From Somniosus microcephalus (lineage: Eukaryota): 64,000 nt of DNA. Where the stretch lies: the NCBI GenBank assembly GCA_052327205.1, contig CM126206.1:300204001-300268000 (forward strand), given 5' to 3'. Below the pieces are notes generated by a model. That model was not told the origin of the DNA. It saw only the letters and a program-made list of their open reading frames with translations, and did not search any database. A program made the position numbers and the translations under genes. Positions 1-12,160 of the stretch are shown here, piece by piece; within the stretch, counting starts at the first letter, position 1; every line of letters starts with the position of its first letter.

Positions 1-415
1 CCTAGATATATCTTCCAAATATAAATTTGCTATCAGCAGAATAATGTTGTCTAATACTTGTTACAAATCTATTTTTAATCTGAGATTCTCCTCAAATCTA
101 ATTCCGATAAATATGAGAGAACAATTACGAACCATTATCTAATAAATCAGTAATTCCTAAAATAGGTTCTGCTATGATTAGCCATCCAAAAAATGCTGAC
201 ATTTTCAGTACAGGCAATTATTCAACAAGCAGTAAAAGGCAATGGAACCACTTTAACTCTTTTTTAAACGCTGGAAAAGCAATTCTGCATCAAATCAAAA
301 AACAATAAGTAGGAATGTTTAATTTTCTGTACTGTATTTTCTAATGTTGAGGATTTCGGTTTACATATTATGACCTACAATGACAACCCAGTATGTCTGT
401 CTTATTAAAAATCTT

Positions 416-608
416 GTGGGTGAAGTTCAACTGCAGTAGCGGGGGGCGGGGGACGTAAAACGGGTGGTCGTGAATTGGTCGCCCATCCTAAACTGTGCCC
501 AATTTTCCTTTCCATTGACATTTGAAAGAAAAATCAGGTGGGACGTATAACGGACAGCTGATCGGTACCACCTGCTTTACGCTCCCACCGAAGTTGAAGT
601 TCACCCCC
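416..608. mobile_element. Short MITE, PIF/Harbinger-like
   Basis: Imperfect TIRs gtgggtgaagttcaact ... agttgaagttcaccccc; a related fragment lies near 54545-54645. Confidence 0.6.
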
Positions 609-771
609 TTGTATCTGCAGTATTATATGATTCTAATATTATATGAGTCTATCATGCTTCATCCTAACCACATGACACCATGGACAAATTAGATTGTTGG
701 TAAAAAATTCAACCTATTTTTGGCTGCCATGATGGTTCTTTAAATCAGTTGAGCCATCAGGGAGCTCCATA

Positions 772-942
772 TTGTGCTGTTCTGAAAGTACAGCAACTCT
801 ACAATAACTTTATCCAACATTGGTACTCTAAAGAGTCACGGTGATATACTCGGGGAGCTGGAAATAGGATTTTCCAGTTCTATAAATTTCCCATTATAAC
901 CCTTCACCATAGTTTTATTTATTCACTTTCAGAACAGCACAA
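772..942. repeat. 18-bp perfect inverted repeat, probably an old MITE
   Basis: ttgtgctgttctgaaagt (772-789) and actttcagaacagcacaa (925-942). Confidence 0.55.
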
Positions 943-1565
943 GCCACTAGAGGAAACACAAATACTGTCCAATATGAACCCAGAAGCAAACAGGCACTAG
1001 ATTAAAGGGCACCTTTCAGTAACATTGATAAAATGGCTGCTTAGGAGCACATATAACAGCAATCACAATACAACAGGCAGTAATAAATAACCAAAATGAA
1101 CTGCACAATACAAAATATAAAATTTATACATATAATTAAATACCAATGATTTATACAAATAATAACTTCATGATGTAGAGTGTCAAGTGTTTTCATAGTA
1201 ACTTAAGATCAGAGAATCACTGCCAATCAGTAGATTTAAGAGAGGAAGGAAAAGAAAGATAGGGAATATAAGAATAGCTGGATTTTGAGAATGCATCTCA
1301 TACAGCTTGGTACAAAATCCCATCGTTCCACAAATTCTATCATGGCAGAGCTGAAGAAGGAAAATGTAGTGCTCTGTTGCTTATAAAAGGCAGTATGGAG
1401 AGAGGGATTACTGGCAGATCTAATGCCTCATCTACAGTCACAGTCAAGAACCGAATGAACTAAAATCAATTTATGGTAATAGAAGAACATGACTTCTATC
1501 AACCTGACTATTTCCAAACCTCCTGGAATTGACTTGTTCTACTTGAATATTTTTCCAGCACTTAC

Positions 1566-1610
1566 CTGGGCCATGATTTCCATTACATAAAAGAGTTTTT
1601 TACAAGGATT
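1566..1610 (-). other. Candidate exon of a leftward gene
   Basis: Perfect donor CAG|GTAAGT on minus at 1566/1565; open frame NPCKKLFYVMEIMAQ; acceptor weak and boundary uncertain. Confidence 0.25.
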
Positions 1611-1967
1611 CTGCATGTGCACCAGGCATGCAATGTGTTGTCACTTGCATATAATTTGTTTATTACTTTATTATAATTTGACATAATGAGATTAAAATCT
1701 GTGCACCACTTAAAACCACTGCAAGAGAGGTGTGCCAGTACAGCAGCGGAAGCAGCCATGATGATGGTGAATGTCGTGCAAATATGGCCATATTTTTCTT
1801 TATGGTTTCAGGAAACTAGCCTTAGGAGACAAATGCCTGGTTTCTGCTTACTGACCTGAGCATATGTAGGTGCTAAGTGTAGGCAGCGTGGTGGATTCGC
1901 TTGTGAATGGTCGTGTCATTGGCATGTAGGCCAGATTTTCGTCCCGGATCAATCTCTTAAGATGGTA

Positions 1968-2222
1968 ATAAAACAGAAAGGGACCTTTTGTGCATGTACC
2001 GGCTCTTTGAAAGAGCTATCCAATTAGTCCCACTCTTTCCCCGTAGCCCTGCAACTTTTTCCTTTTCAATTATATATCCAATTCCCTTTTGAAAGTTATT
2101 ATTGAATCTGTTTCCACCACCCTTTCAGGCAATGCATTCCAGATCATAACAACTCACTGCGTCAAAAAATTCTCATCTGCTTACTGGTTACTGATCCTCC
2201 TGCCAGTGGAAACAGCTTCTCC
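1968..2222 (-). mobile_element. CR1 LINE 3' fragment (divergent subfamily)
   Basis: Reverse complement resembles the CR1 ORF2 C-terminus and 3' UTR (…gttatgatctggaatgcattgcctgaaagggtggtggaaacagattcaataataactttcaaaagggaattggat…). Confidence 0.6.
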
Positions 2223-2885
2223 TGAATCGGAGCTACAGCTATGAAAATAAAGGTGGGTGAGGACCCTTCGCCAAAAGCTAAAATTCTTAAACTTTTGCAT
2301 TAATTTTTTTTGAAGTGCAGCCTGTAGAAGTTTCTAGTAGAATCACTGATATAAAATGGGCCAGATTCCCTAATGGCAGAACACAGACTGGAACTCTACT
2401 TGTGCTCCCATTCAGTGAAGCTCTGCTTCTGGAGTGGAGCCTTGCTGAATTTGTCCTATAGTCCTAGAGAAAAACGAAACACCAGCATTAATCCATTTTT
2501 TGGAAGTTTAAATTTTAAAAAGGTGCTGGAAAAGAGATTCCCAATTTAAAAAATTGTTGCAAAGCCCAAGATAAACTGAAAAACTAAATCAGAGATGATT
2601 TGTTTGATACATGTCATGCTGGGAGAGAAGGACTTACCACAGAACATCTCCCAGTGCTAGCATTTAGAGGAAAACCAAACTTATTTTGGGAAGAATTGAA
2701 TTTCTTTGCCAATGGCATTAAAGACAATTTGCTCAAGAACTTGAGAAGTAATGGGTTGGAGAGAAATAGAATCATTGTTGGATACTGAATGGGTATCATA
2801 AGATTTATTGATTAGAGCAATCCACACACCCATCCAACTAACTGGGAGTAGGGATAATGATTGAGATAGATTGAAGATATAGTTG

Positions 2886-3110
2886 AAATAACAACAGAAA
2901 ATGCTGGAAACACTCAGCAGGCCAGGCAGCATCTGTGCCGAGAGAAAGAGAGTTAACATTTCAGGTCTGTGACCCTTCGTCAGAACTGGAAAATGTTAGG
3001 GATGTAACAGGTTTTAAGCAGGTGTAGAGGCAGAGAAAGGTGGGGGGGGGAGGGGAGGAAGGGACTAAAGGGACGGTCTGTGCTAGGGTGGAAGGTAGGA
3101 GAGATTAAAT
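2886..3110 (-). mobile_element. Penelope-like element terminal-repeat fragment with hammerhead motif (2951-2989)
   Basis: Same family as 36149-36738; minus strand reads agtt-CTGACGA-agggtc-aca-gacct-GAAATGTT-aact. Confidence 0.7.
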
Positions 3111-3227
3111 GTTGTAAATGGGGATGGCAGAATCATTTTGATTGAATCATTGAATTGATTATTTTGCTATTGTGTTAGTGTGAAGATATAGTTGAGGTGG
3201 GGTCGATAGCTGCAGACATTGTTGAGA

Positions 3228-3865
3228 TTCCGTTGATAGAATTTAAACCCAAATGTTTCTGATTTGCAGGATATATTCTAGCAAAAGCGAATGATGTTTT
3301 AGCTAAAAGTATCAACCATATTGAAACTGGAATGAAGAAACAATTTTAAAAGCTGGCAACTGCTATTAGGATTTCTGATGACAGCTGGTTTCACCTCCAT
3401 TATTCTGTGTGTAAACTCAGTAGTTCGTATAAATGTTGTAGCTGTTAATGCAAATACAGACTTCACTCAACAGTCAGTTGTCTCCTCAATGAGATTGTCA
3501 GGAAATAGAAAGAAATATTGCATGAAGTCCCCAAGCTGACTCTTGACAGCAAGGCCATTAAAACTGAGCTCTGAGCTTAAGAAAGTAGTAAATATTGTGC
3601 AGACAGGAAATTGATGCATTGATAACAACGCAGAAAGAATCCAACTACCTAAACTTTACTAAAAGAAAATTTACTTTTCTTCAATGTTGAGAATGCCTCT
3701 GAAAAAGCCAGGTTTTGTACCGAATTAATGCCATGCCAGCTTTTAAAATTCTTTCTTCATTTCTGTTTCAGTATGGTTGATACTTTTAGCTAAACATCAT
3801 TGGCTTTTGCTAGAATATATCCTGCAAATCAGAAACACTTGGGTTTTAATTATGTCAATGGATCC
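3228..3865. repeat. Inverted duplication, ~130-bp arms (about 3228-3358 and 3735-3865), ~375-bp spacer
   Basis: aaacccaaatgtttctgatttgcaggatatattctagcaaaagc…aaaagctggca recurs in reverse complement at roughly 90% identity by eye. Confidence 0.85.
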
Positions 3866-5115
3866 AATGGCACCTCAACAATTTCTAAAAGAATTGCATG
3901 GTTTGGTTTCAAAGCAACATCGTTTACATAAGAACATAAGAAATAGGAGCAGGAGTCGGCCATTTGGCCCTTCGAGCCTGCTCTGCCATTCCATAAGATC
4001 ATGGCTGATCTTCTACCTCATCTCCACTTTCCTGCACTATCTCTATATCCCTTGATTCCCTTAATATTCAAAAATCTATCGATCTCTGTCTTGAATATAC
4101 TCAACGACTGAGCCTCCACAGCCCTCTGGGGTAGAGAATTCCAAAGATTCACCACCCTCTGAGTGAAGAAATTTCTCCTCATCTCCGTCCTAAATGGCCG
4201 ACCCCTTATTCTGTGACTGTGACCCCTGGTCCGAGACTCCCCAGCCAGGGGAAACATCCCCCCTGCATCTACCCTGTCAAGCCCTGTAAGAATTGTGTAT
4301 GTTTCAATGAGATTACCTCTCATTCTTCTAAAGTCTAGAGAATATAGGCCTAGTCTACTCAATCTCTCCTCATAGGATAATCCCCCCATCCTAGGAACCA
4401 GTCTGGTGAATCTTCGTTGCACTCCCTCTATGGCAAGTATATCCTTCCTTAGGTAAGGAGACCAAAACTGTACACAATACTCCAGGTGTGGTCTCACCAG
4501 GGTCTATATAATTGCAGTAAGACGTCTTTACTCTTATACTCAAATCCTCTTGTAATAAAGGCCAACATACCATTTGCTTTCCTAATTGCTTGCTGTACCT
4601 GCATGTTAACTTTCAGTGATTCGTGTACAAGGACACCCAGGTCCTTCTGAACACCAACATTTCTCAATCGCTTACCATTTAAAAAATACTCTGCTTTTCT
4701 ATTTTTCCTACCAAAGTGGATAACTTCATATTTCTTCACACTATATTCCATTTGTCATGTTCTTGTCCACTCACTTAGCCCGTCTATATCCCCTTGAAAC
4801 CTTCTTGCATCCTCCTCACAACTTACATTCCCACCCAGCTTTGTATCATCAGCAAACTTGGATATATTACATTTGGTCCCCTCTAGTTACAGCCTGCCAA
4901 CCCGAAAATGACCCGTTTATTCCTACTCTCTGTTTTCTGTCCATTAACCAATCCTTAATCCATGCTAATATATTACCCCCAATCCCATGAGTCTGAATTT
5001 TGTTTAATAACCTCTTGTGTGGCACCTTATCGAATGGTCTCTGAAAATCCAAATACACCACATCCACTGGTTCCCCCTTATCTATTCTGCTAGTTACAAC
5101 CTCAAAAAACTCTAA

Positions 5116-5880
5116 CATAGAAACATAGAAGATAGGAGCAGGAGTAGGCCATTCGGCCCCTAGAGCCTGCTCCGCCATTCAATGAGATCATGGCTGATCA
5201 TCCAAATTCAGTACCCTGTTCCTGCTTTCTCCCCATATCCCTTGATCCCTTTAGCCTTAAGAAATATATCCAACTCCTTCTTGAATATATTTAATGAATT
5301 GGCCTCTACTACCTTCTGTGGTAGAGAATTCCACAGGTTCACCACTCTCTGGGTGAAGAAATTCCTCCTCATCTCTGTCCTAAATGGCTTACCCCTTATC
5401 CTTAGACTGTGACTCCTGGTTCTGGACTCCCCGACCATCGGGAACATCCTTCCTGCATCTAGTCTGTCCAGTCCTGTTAGAATTTTATAAGTTTCAATGA
5501 GATCTCCTCTCATTCTTCTAAACTCCAATGAGTATAAGCCCCATCGACCCAATCTCTCCTCATACGTCATTCCTGCCATCCCAGGTATCAGCCTGGTGAA
5601 TCTTCGCTGCACTCCCTCCATGGAAAGAACATCTTTCCTCAGATAAGGCGACCAAAACTGCACACAATACTCAAGGTGTGGTCTCACCAAGGCCCTGTAC
5701 AACTGCAGCAAGGCATCCTTGTTCCTGTACTCAAACCCTCTCGCTACGAAGGCCAACATACCATTTGCCTTCTTAACCGCCTGCTGCACCTGCATGCTTA
5801 CCTTCAGCGACTGGTGCACAAGGACACCCATGTCTCGTTGCACTTCCCCTTCTCCCAATCTATTGCCATTCAGATAATGT
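5116..5880 (-). mobile_element. 5'-truncated CR1 nested in the outer CR1
   Basis: ORF 5208-5900 is the RT C-terminus; (TTTCTATG)n tail; ctaaca duplicated at both ends; very similar to 26725-27420 and the 3' part of 58827-61010. Confidence 0.9.
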
Positions 5881-6042
5881 CTAACAGATTTGTCAAACAC
5901 GATTTCCCTTTCATAAATCCGTGTTGATTCTGCCCAATCCTATTATTATTTTCGAAGTGCCCTGATACCACATCCTTAATAATAGATTCTAGCATTTTCC
6001 CTACTACTGATGTCAGGCTAACTGGTCTGCAGTTCCCCATTT

Positions 6043-7216
6043 TTAATAAAGTCCCACATAAGAGGTTAGTGTGTAAAATTAAAGCACATGGGATTGGGGG
6101 TAATATACTGGCATGGATTGAAAATTGGTTAACAGACAGGAAACAGAGAGTAGGAATAAATGGGTCTTTTTTGGGGTGGTAGGCGGTGACTAGTGGGGTA
6201 CCGCAGGGATCAGTGCTTGGGCCCCAGCTATTCACAATATATATCAATTTGGATGAGGGAACCAAATGTAATATTTCCAAGTTTGCTGATGGCACAAAAC
6301 TAGGTGGGATTGTGAGTTGTGAGGAGGATGCAAAGAGGCTTCAAGGCGATTTAGGCAAGTTGCGCGAGTGGGCAAATACATGGCAGATGCAGTATAACAA
6401 GGATAAGTGTGAAGTTATCCACTTCGGTAGGAAAAACAGAAAGGCAGAGTATTATTTAAATGGTGATAAATTGGGAAATGTTGATGTACAAAGGGACCTG
6501 GGTGTCCTTGTACACCAGTCACTGAAAGCAAACATGCAGGTGCAGCAAGCAGTTAGGAAGGCAAATGGTATGTTGGCCTTCATTGCAAGAGGATTTGAGT
6601 ACAGGAGCAAGGATGTCTTATTACAGTTATACAGGGCCTTGGTGAGACCACACCTGGAGTACTGTGTACAGTTTTGGTCTCCTTACCTAAGAAAGGATAT
6701 ACTTGCCATAGAGGGAGTGCAGCGAAGGTTCACCAGTCTGCTTCCTGGAATGGCAGGACTGTCGTATGAGGAGAGATTGGGTCGACTAGGCATGTATTCA
6801 CTAGAATTTAGAAGAATGAGAGGGAATCTCATTGAAATGTATAAAATTCTGACAGGGCTAGTCAGAATGGATGCAGGGAGGATGTGTCCCCTGGCTGGGG
6901 GGCCTAGAACGAGGGGTCACAGTCTCAGGATACGGGGTAGGACATCTAGGACTGAGATGAGGAGACATTTCTTCACTCAGAGGGTGGTGAACCTGTGGAA
7001 TTCTCTACCACAGAAGGCTGTGGAGGCCAAGTCACTGAACATATTTAAGAAGGAGATAGATAGATTTATAGACACAAAAGGCATCAAGGGGTATGATGAG
7101 AGAGCGGGAATATGGTATTGCGATAGAGTATCAGCCATGATCATATTGAATGGTGGAGCAGGCTCGAAGGGCCAAATGGCCTACTCCTGCTCCTATTTTT
7201 CTATGTTCTATGTTTC
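6043..7216 (+). mobile_element. 5'-truncated CR1 nested in opposite orientation
   Basis: ORF 6186-7235 with SGVPQGSVLGP and FADG (FADD degraded); tail tctatgttctatgtt. Confidence 0.9.
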
Positions 7217-7527
7217 TCTCTCCCTCCTTTCTTAAATAGTGGGGTTACATTTGCTACCTTCCAATCCGCAGGAACCGTTCTAGAATCTATGCAGTTTTGG
7301 AAAATGACAACCAATGCATCCACTATCTCTATAGCCACCTCTTTCAAAACTGTAGGATGTAGGCCATCAGGTCCAGGGGATTTATTGGCTTTCAGTCCCA
7401 TTAATTTCTCCAGTACTACTTTTTTACTAATACTAATTTCTTTCAGTTCCTCATTCTCGCTAGACCTTTGGTTCTCCACTATTTCTGGGAATTGTTTTGC
7501 GTCTTCTTCTGTGAAGACAGACACAAA

Positions 7528-8397
7528 GGTCGTGATTTTGCCGGTCCTCAGAGTGCGGGATTGGAGGCGGGATCGCTGTCAAAATCGCAAAGATTGACAA
7601 CGGGTAGGAAACCCACCGTCAACTCGTCTCCAATCAATCTTCCCAAGTGTCGGGTCCCCGATTTGTGCATGGACTCGACACCTAGCGGTGGGAAGAGGAT
7701 TATAGACACTTACCTGGCTGTTAACAGGTAGTTGATACTTGTTAACAGGGACATTTTGAATTTTGCCGCTTCTGGCTCAGGTTTGACGACGTCCGGACAC
7801 CATGCCAGGTAAGTGTGGTGTGTTGAGTCTGCTGAAATGTTTCTGCATTGATGACAGCTACAGAAGTGGTGTGAAGGATCCAATGGTGCACTGGTGAGTT
7901 TCAGAGGTAAGAAAATGTTGGGAAAATCATTTTTAATGCATTTACACTTTTCTGTAGGTAACAGGTTTTGAATTGGCTGTCTAGTCCCACCTCATTGGGA
8001 GAACCTCTCTCACCAGTGACAGATTCTGTAACCTCACCTGCAGCTGCCATCTGTCCTAGCCTAAGGTGGGAGTCACTAGAGAGCCTGGGTGCAAGAGCTC
8101 ACCTGTGAACAGTCATTGTCAGTGTTTGCAGCACCTCAGTGCTGTCAAACACTGAGAAATGAGCTGTCAAAGAAAAAGTGTGCGTGGTCCCTTTAAGAAA
8201 ACCGGCAGATGACGCATCGTCAAATGACGTCATTTGACTGGCTTCCTCTTAATTGGCTAGCAAGCCCACAGGGTGGGCCTAACAAGGCCAATCGATGTAA
8301 AATCACGCCCGTTGGCCGGATGCAGTTGGGGCCGGGACTGGAACCCGGAAACCAGCTGACCTGCTCGCAAGCCACATCCACTGGAAAAATCGCGGCC
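7528..8397. mobile_element. Non-autonomous PIF/Harbinger-type element
   Basis: TIRs ggtcgtgatttt ... aaaatcgcggcc; interrupts CR1 cleanly; 3-bp flanks aaa/ata; homologous to 14305-15099 and 49179-50925. Confidence 0.75.
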
Positions 8398-8480
8398 ATA
8401 GTATTTGTTTAATTTCTCTGTCATTTCCTTATTCCCCATTATACTTGCTCCTGTCTCAGCCTGTAAGGGATCCACATTTA

Positions 8481-8814
8481 CAGGAAACTCTCGATTTACC
8501 AGCACCTAAATAACCGGAAATCTCTGTTAACCGGCAAAATTCAGGAGTAGGTTCAGGTAAGTTTTACTTCATATTAGTGGCCGTTCCTGGATCTGTGGCT
8601 GTGTAATAGGGTTCCTGCACTTGTTGCTAAGCAACAGGGAAGCTTGGTCTCTGGCCGGGGTTCCTGCACCTGTTGCTAAGCAACAGGGAAGCCTGGATTT
8701 GTTGCTGTGTATGGAGCTCTCGTACCTTTTAACTATACCTCTCTGTAATCCGGACTTTTTGATAAACCAGCACCACGCCGGTCCCGTCGGTGCCGGATAA
8801 AAAAGAGTTTCCTG
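8481..8814. mobile_element. Tc1/mariner (pogo-like) MITE
   Basis: TIR caggaaactct ... agagtttcctg with TA duplication; internal ~46-bp direct repeat; same family as 61386-61706. Confidence 0.85.
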
Positions 8815-8996
8815 TACTTTTGCTAATCTTTTCCTTTTTACATACATATAGAAGCTTTTACAGTCTGTTTTTATGTCTCTTGCTAGTTTACTCTCATATT
8901 CTGTTTTCCCTTTCTTTATCAATTTCTTGGTCCTCCTTTGCTGAATTCTAAAATCCTCCCAATCCTCAGGCTTATTACTGTTTTTGGCAACATTAT

Positions 8997-9100
8997 AAAG
9001 AAAGAAAGACTGACTTGCATTTATATAGTGCCTTTCATGACCACCGGACGTCTCAAAGCACTTTACAGCCAATGAAGTACTTTTGGAGTGCAGTCACTGT
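8997..9100 (-). mobile_element. SINE 3' tail fragment (Deu-SINE/SacSINE1-like)
   Basis: cttgcatttatatagtgcctttcatgacc…ctttacagccaatgaagtac matches the 3' end of the SINE at 24700-25140. Confidence 0.75.
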
Positions 9101-10241
9101 TTATAAGCCTCTTCCTTTGATCTAATACTATCTTTAACTTCTCTTGTTAGCCACGGTTGGACCACTTTTCCTGTGGGGTTTTTGTGCTTTAAAGGAATGT
9201 ATATTTGTTGTAAATTATGTATTAACTCTTTAAATGCTAGCCATTGCTTGTCTACCATCATACCTTTTAATGTAGTTTCCCAATCTACCTTAGCCAACTT
9301 GCCCCTCATACCTACATAGTTTACTTTGTTTAGATTTAAGACCCTAGTTTTGGATTTAACTAAATCACTTTCAAACTCAATATAAAATTCTGTCATATTA
9401 TGGTCACTCTTCCCTAAAGTCCCTTTACTACAAAGTTATTAATGAACCCTTTCCCATTCCACTATACTAGATCTAAAATAGCCTGTTCCCTAGTTGGTTC
9501 CTTAACATACTGATCTAGAAAACTATCTTGCATACATTCCATGAATTCGTCCTCCACACTATTACTGCAAATTTGGTTTGCCCAGTCTATATGTAGATTA
9601 AAGTCCCCCATGATTACTATATTACCCTTGTTACATGTGCCTCTAATTTCCTGATTAATACTCTGCCCTACAACTACTATTTGGGGGCCTATAAACATCT
9701 CCCACCAATGTTTTCTGCCCCTTGCTGTTTCTTAGCTCCACCCAAACTGATTCTACTTCTTGATCTTCAGAGCTAAGATCCTTTCTCTCTACTGTCTTTA
9801 TCCCATCCTTTATTATCAGGGCTACCCCTCCTCCTTTTCAATTTTGCCTATCTCTTCTAAAAGTTAAGTACCTTGGAATATTTAGTTCCCAACCTTGGCC
9901 ACTTTGCAACCACCTCTCCGTTACGGCTATTAGATCAAACCTGTTAATTTCTATCTGCGCTATTAATTCATCTATTTTGTTGCGAATGCTTTGCGCATTC
10001 AGATATAGTGTCTTTAGCTTTGACTTATTTCTATTTTTCCCTGATGTCACCTTAGTCACTGATGCCTTATTACCTTTGTTAGTCTCTCTGTCCCTTTCTG
10101 ACCCACTCTGCTTATTTTTACCCCAAACTGTATTCTGCTCTAGAGCCTTGATATTTCTCTCGCTGCTTTTAAATTTACTCTTTCCTGAATCTTCCCATCC
10201 CCCCTTCATTAGTTTAAAGCCCTGTCTGCTGCCCTAGTTAT

Positions 10242-10748
10242 TTAGTTCGCCAGGACACTGGTCCCAGCCTGGTTTAAGTGGAGCCCATCCCAACGGAACA
10301 ACTCCCTCTTTCCCCAGTGCTGGTGCCAGTGCCCCATGAACTCAAACCCTTTCCTCCCACACCACTGTTTGAGCCACGCATTGAAACCTCTAATCTGTTT
10401 GTCCCTATCCCAATTTGCGCGTGGCTCAGGTAACAATCCAGAGGTTATTACCTTTGAGGTTCTGCTTTTTAATTTGGATCCTAGCCCCCTCAGCAGAACC
10501 TCATTCGTACTTCTACCTATGTCGTTGGTTCCTATGTGGACCACGACAACTGGATCCTCCCCCTCCCACTCCAAGTTCTTCTCCAGCCGCGAGGTGATGT
10601 CTTTAACCCTGGCACCAGGCAGGCAACACAACCTTCGGAGCTCTCGGTCGCGGCTGCAGAGAACAGTATCTATCCCCCAGACTATACTGTCCCTTACCAC
10701 AACTACGTTCCCTCTCACTCCCCCCACTTGGATGGCCTCCTGCACCAT
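10242..10748 (-). pseudogene. CR1 ORF1 SGNH/GDSL esterase domain remnant
   Basis: VVVRDSIV (GDS-like), CLPGA, VVHIGTND, DGLHLN motifs typical of CR1 ORF1p. Confidence 0.85.
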
Positions 10749-11177
10749 AGTGTCATGGTCTGCTTGCTCATGCAGGCTTTTCTGTCATCCACACAGCAAG
10801 AACCTCATACCCGTTGGACAAGAGCAAAGGCTGAGGCTCGTCCTGCACTGCACCTGAAGTCCCCTTACCTGCCTGAGTTGCAGTCACACCCTCCTGTCCC
10901 TGACCACTAACCAGACTTGTACCACTACCTAACCTGTATAATGGGCGGCTGATCCGATAATGCCTGTTTTGTTCTACCACCCAAAACAAATTTCTAGGCC
11001 ATGATGTCTTACTTTAAATTAGACTTTCCTTGTAAGACCACTGCTCAACTACTCCTTATGTGGACATGCCCTAAATAGTTTCAGAGTTCAACCAGAGTTT
11101 AATTGCTGCTTGGTGAGGCAAGTTTGCAGATTGCCAGGTGCTTGTAAATTTCTGGATCCAGGTCAGAAAAAAACATT

Positions 11178-11916
11178 GGGCCGGATATTCCGATCCCTAC
11201 GGGTGTGTACGCGCTGTGTACCCACCCGTAGGAACATCGGAAATGTCGGTTTCAGGAATGTGAAGCGCATGAACTGAAAACCGGCATTTCCGATCTGTTA
11301 AGAATGCTCTTGGCAGATCCGACGCCTGCCTTAGAGAAGGGCCTCTGCGGGCGGATAGTTCCGCTTTCTGGAGAACCTCCACCCGCAGAAAACCCTTAGA
11401 AATCTTATGCCTGCTTTTACCAGCATAAGATTTGAAAAAAAGTAAAAAAATAAATAAAAAACATTTTCACTCATTTATCATTTAAAAATACTTAAAAAAA
11501 GGTAAGTTTATTTTTAGCCCCGTAAAAAACTTTAATTATTATTTTCAAAAAATTAAATATTTTGTTTAAAATATTTAATTGTAATTTCAACTAATTTTAA
11601 AAATGTGATTTAAAAAAATGTATTTAATGTTTTAAAGTGTTTTTGGGGTGATCTCCATTCCTATATTTGACAGGTCTATCTGTCAAGTGTATGAAGGGAG
11701 ATTCCCTTCTTTGATTGGCTCCCCATAGCCCACGTGATCCCAGGGACGCTTGCGAACCGCCTGCGCCCCTGGGATACGTGAGCCCTGCACATTTGGAGTT
11801 GGAGACGCCCAGGAGTGGAAGTGTCCGGACCTCAGGAGCCCTCAGGTAAGTGTGTAGATTTTTTCCAGGTCAGAGGCCTCCGCACGCAGGAAGTCTCCGA
11901 TCGGAAAATACGGCCC
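11178..11916. mobile_element. PIF/Harbinger-type MITE with AT-rich core
   Basis: TIRs gggccggatattccgatc / gatcggaaaatacggccc; 3-bp TSD ATT; related to 18324-19047. Confidence 0.85.
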
Positions 11917-12041
11917 ATTATTTTCTTTTTTTGTGCATTTGATACTTTGAAGTATAACAACTGGAATGTGACACAGTTTCAGAAACAGACAGACAGGTTG
12001 TTGCATATTTAGATAGGTAGGACTAAATGTTCTCTGTTTGA

Positions 12042-12160
12042 AAAAGAAGAAAAAAGACTTGCATTTATATAGCACCTTTCGCAACCTCAGGATGCTCCAA
12101 AGTGCTTTAAAGCTAATAAAGTATCGTGGAAGTCTAGTTGCTGTTGTAATGTAGGAAAAA
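12042..12160 (-). mobile_element. SINE 3' tail fragment
   Basis: gacttgcatttatatagcacctttc… same family as 24700-25140. Confidence 0.65.

Larger units (their letters stand above)
3927..10910 (-). mobile_element. Near full-length CR1 LINE (ORF1 esterase, APE endonuclease, RT) broken by five nested insertions
   Basis: Collinear fragments: 10242-10748 (ORF1), 9838-10209 YLNAQSIRNK/AVTERWL, 9462-9698 GDFNL, 7201-7524 KSPGPDG, 4867-5178 YLDFQ.FDKVPH, 4018-4751 C-terminus; (TTCTTATG)n tail at ~3927. Confidence 0.9.
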
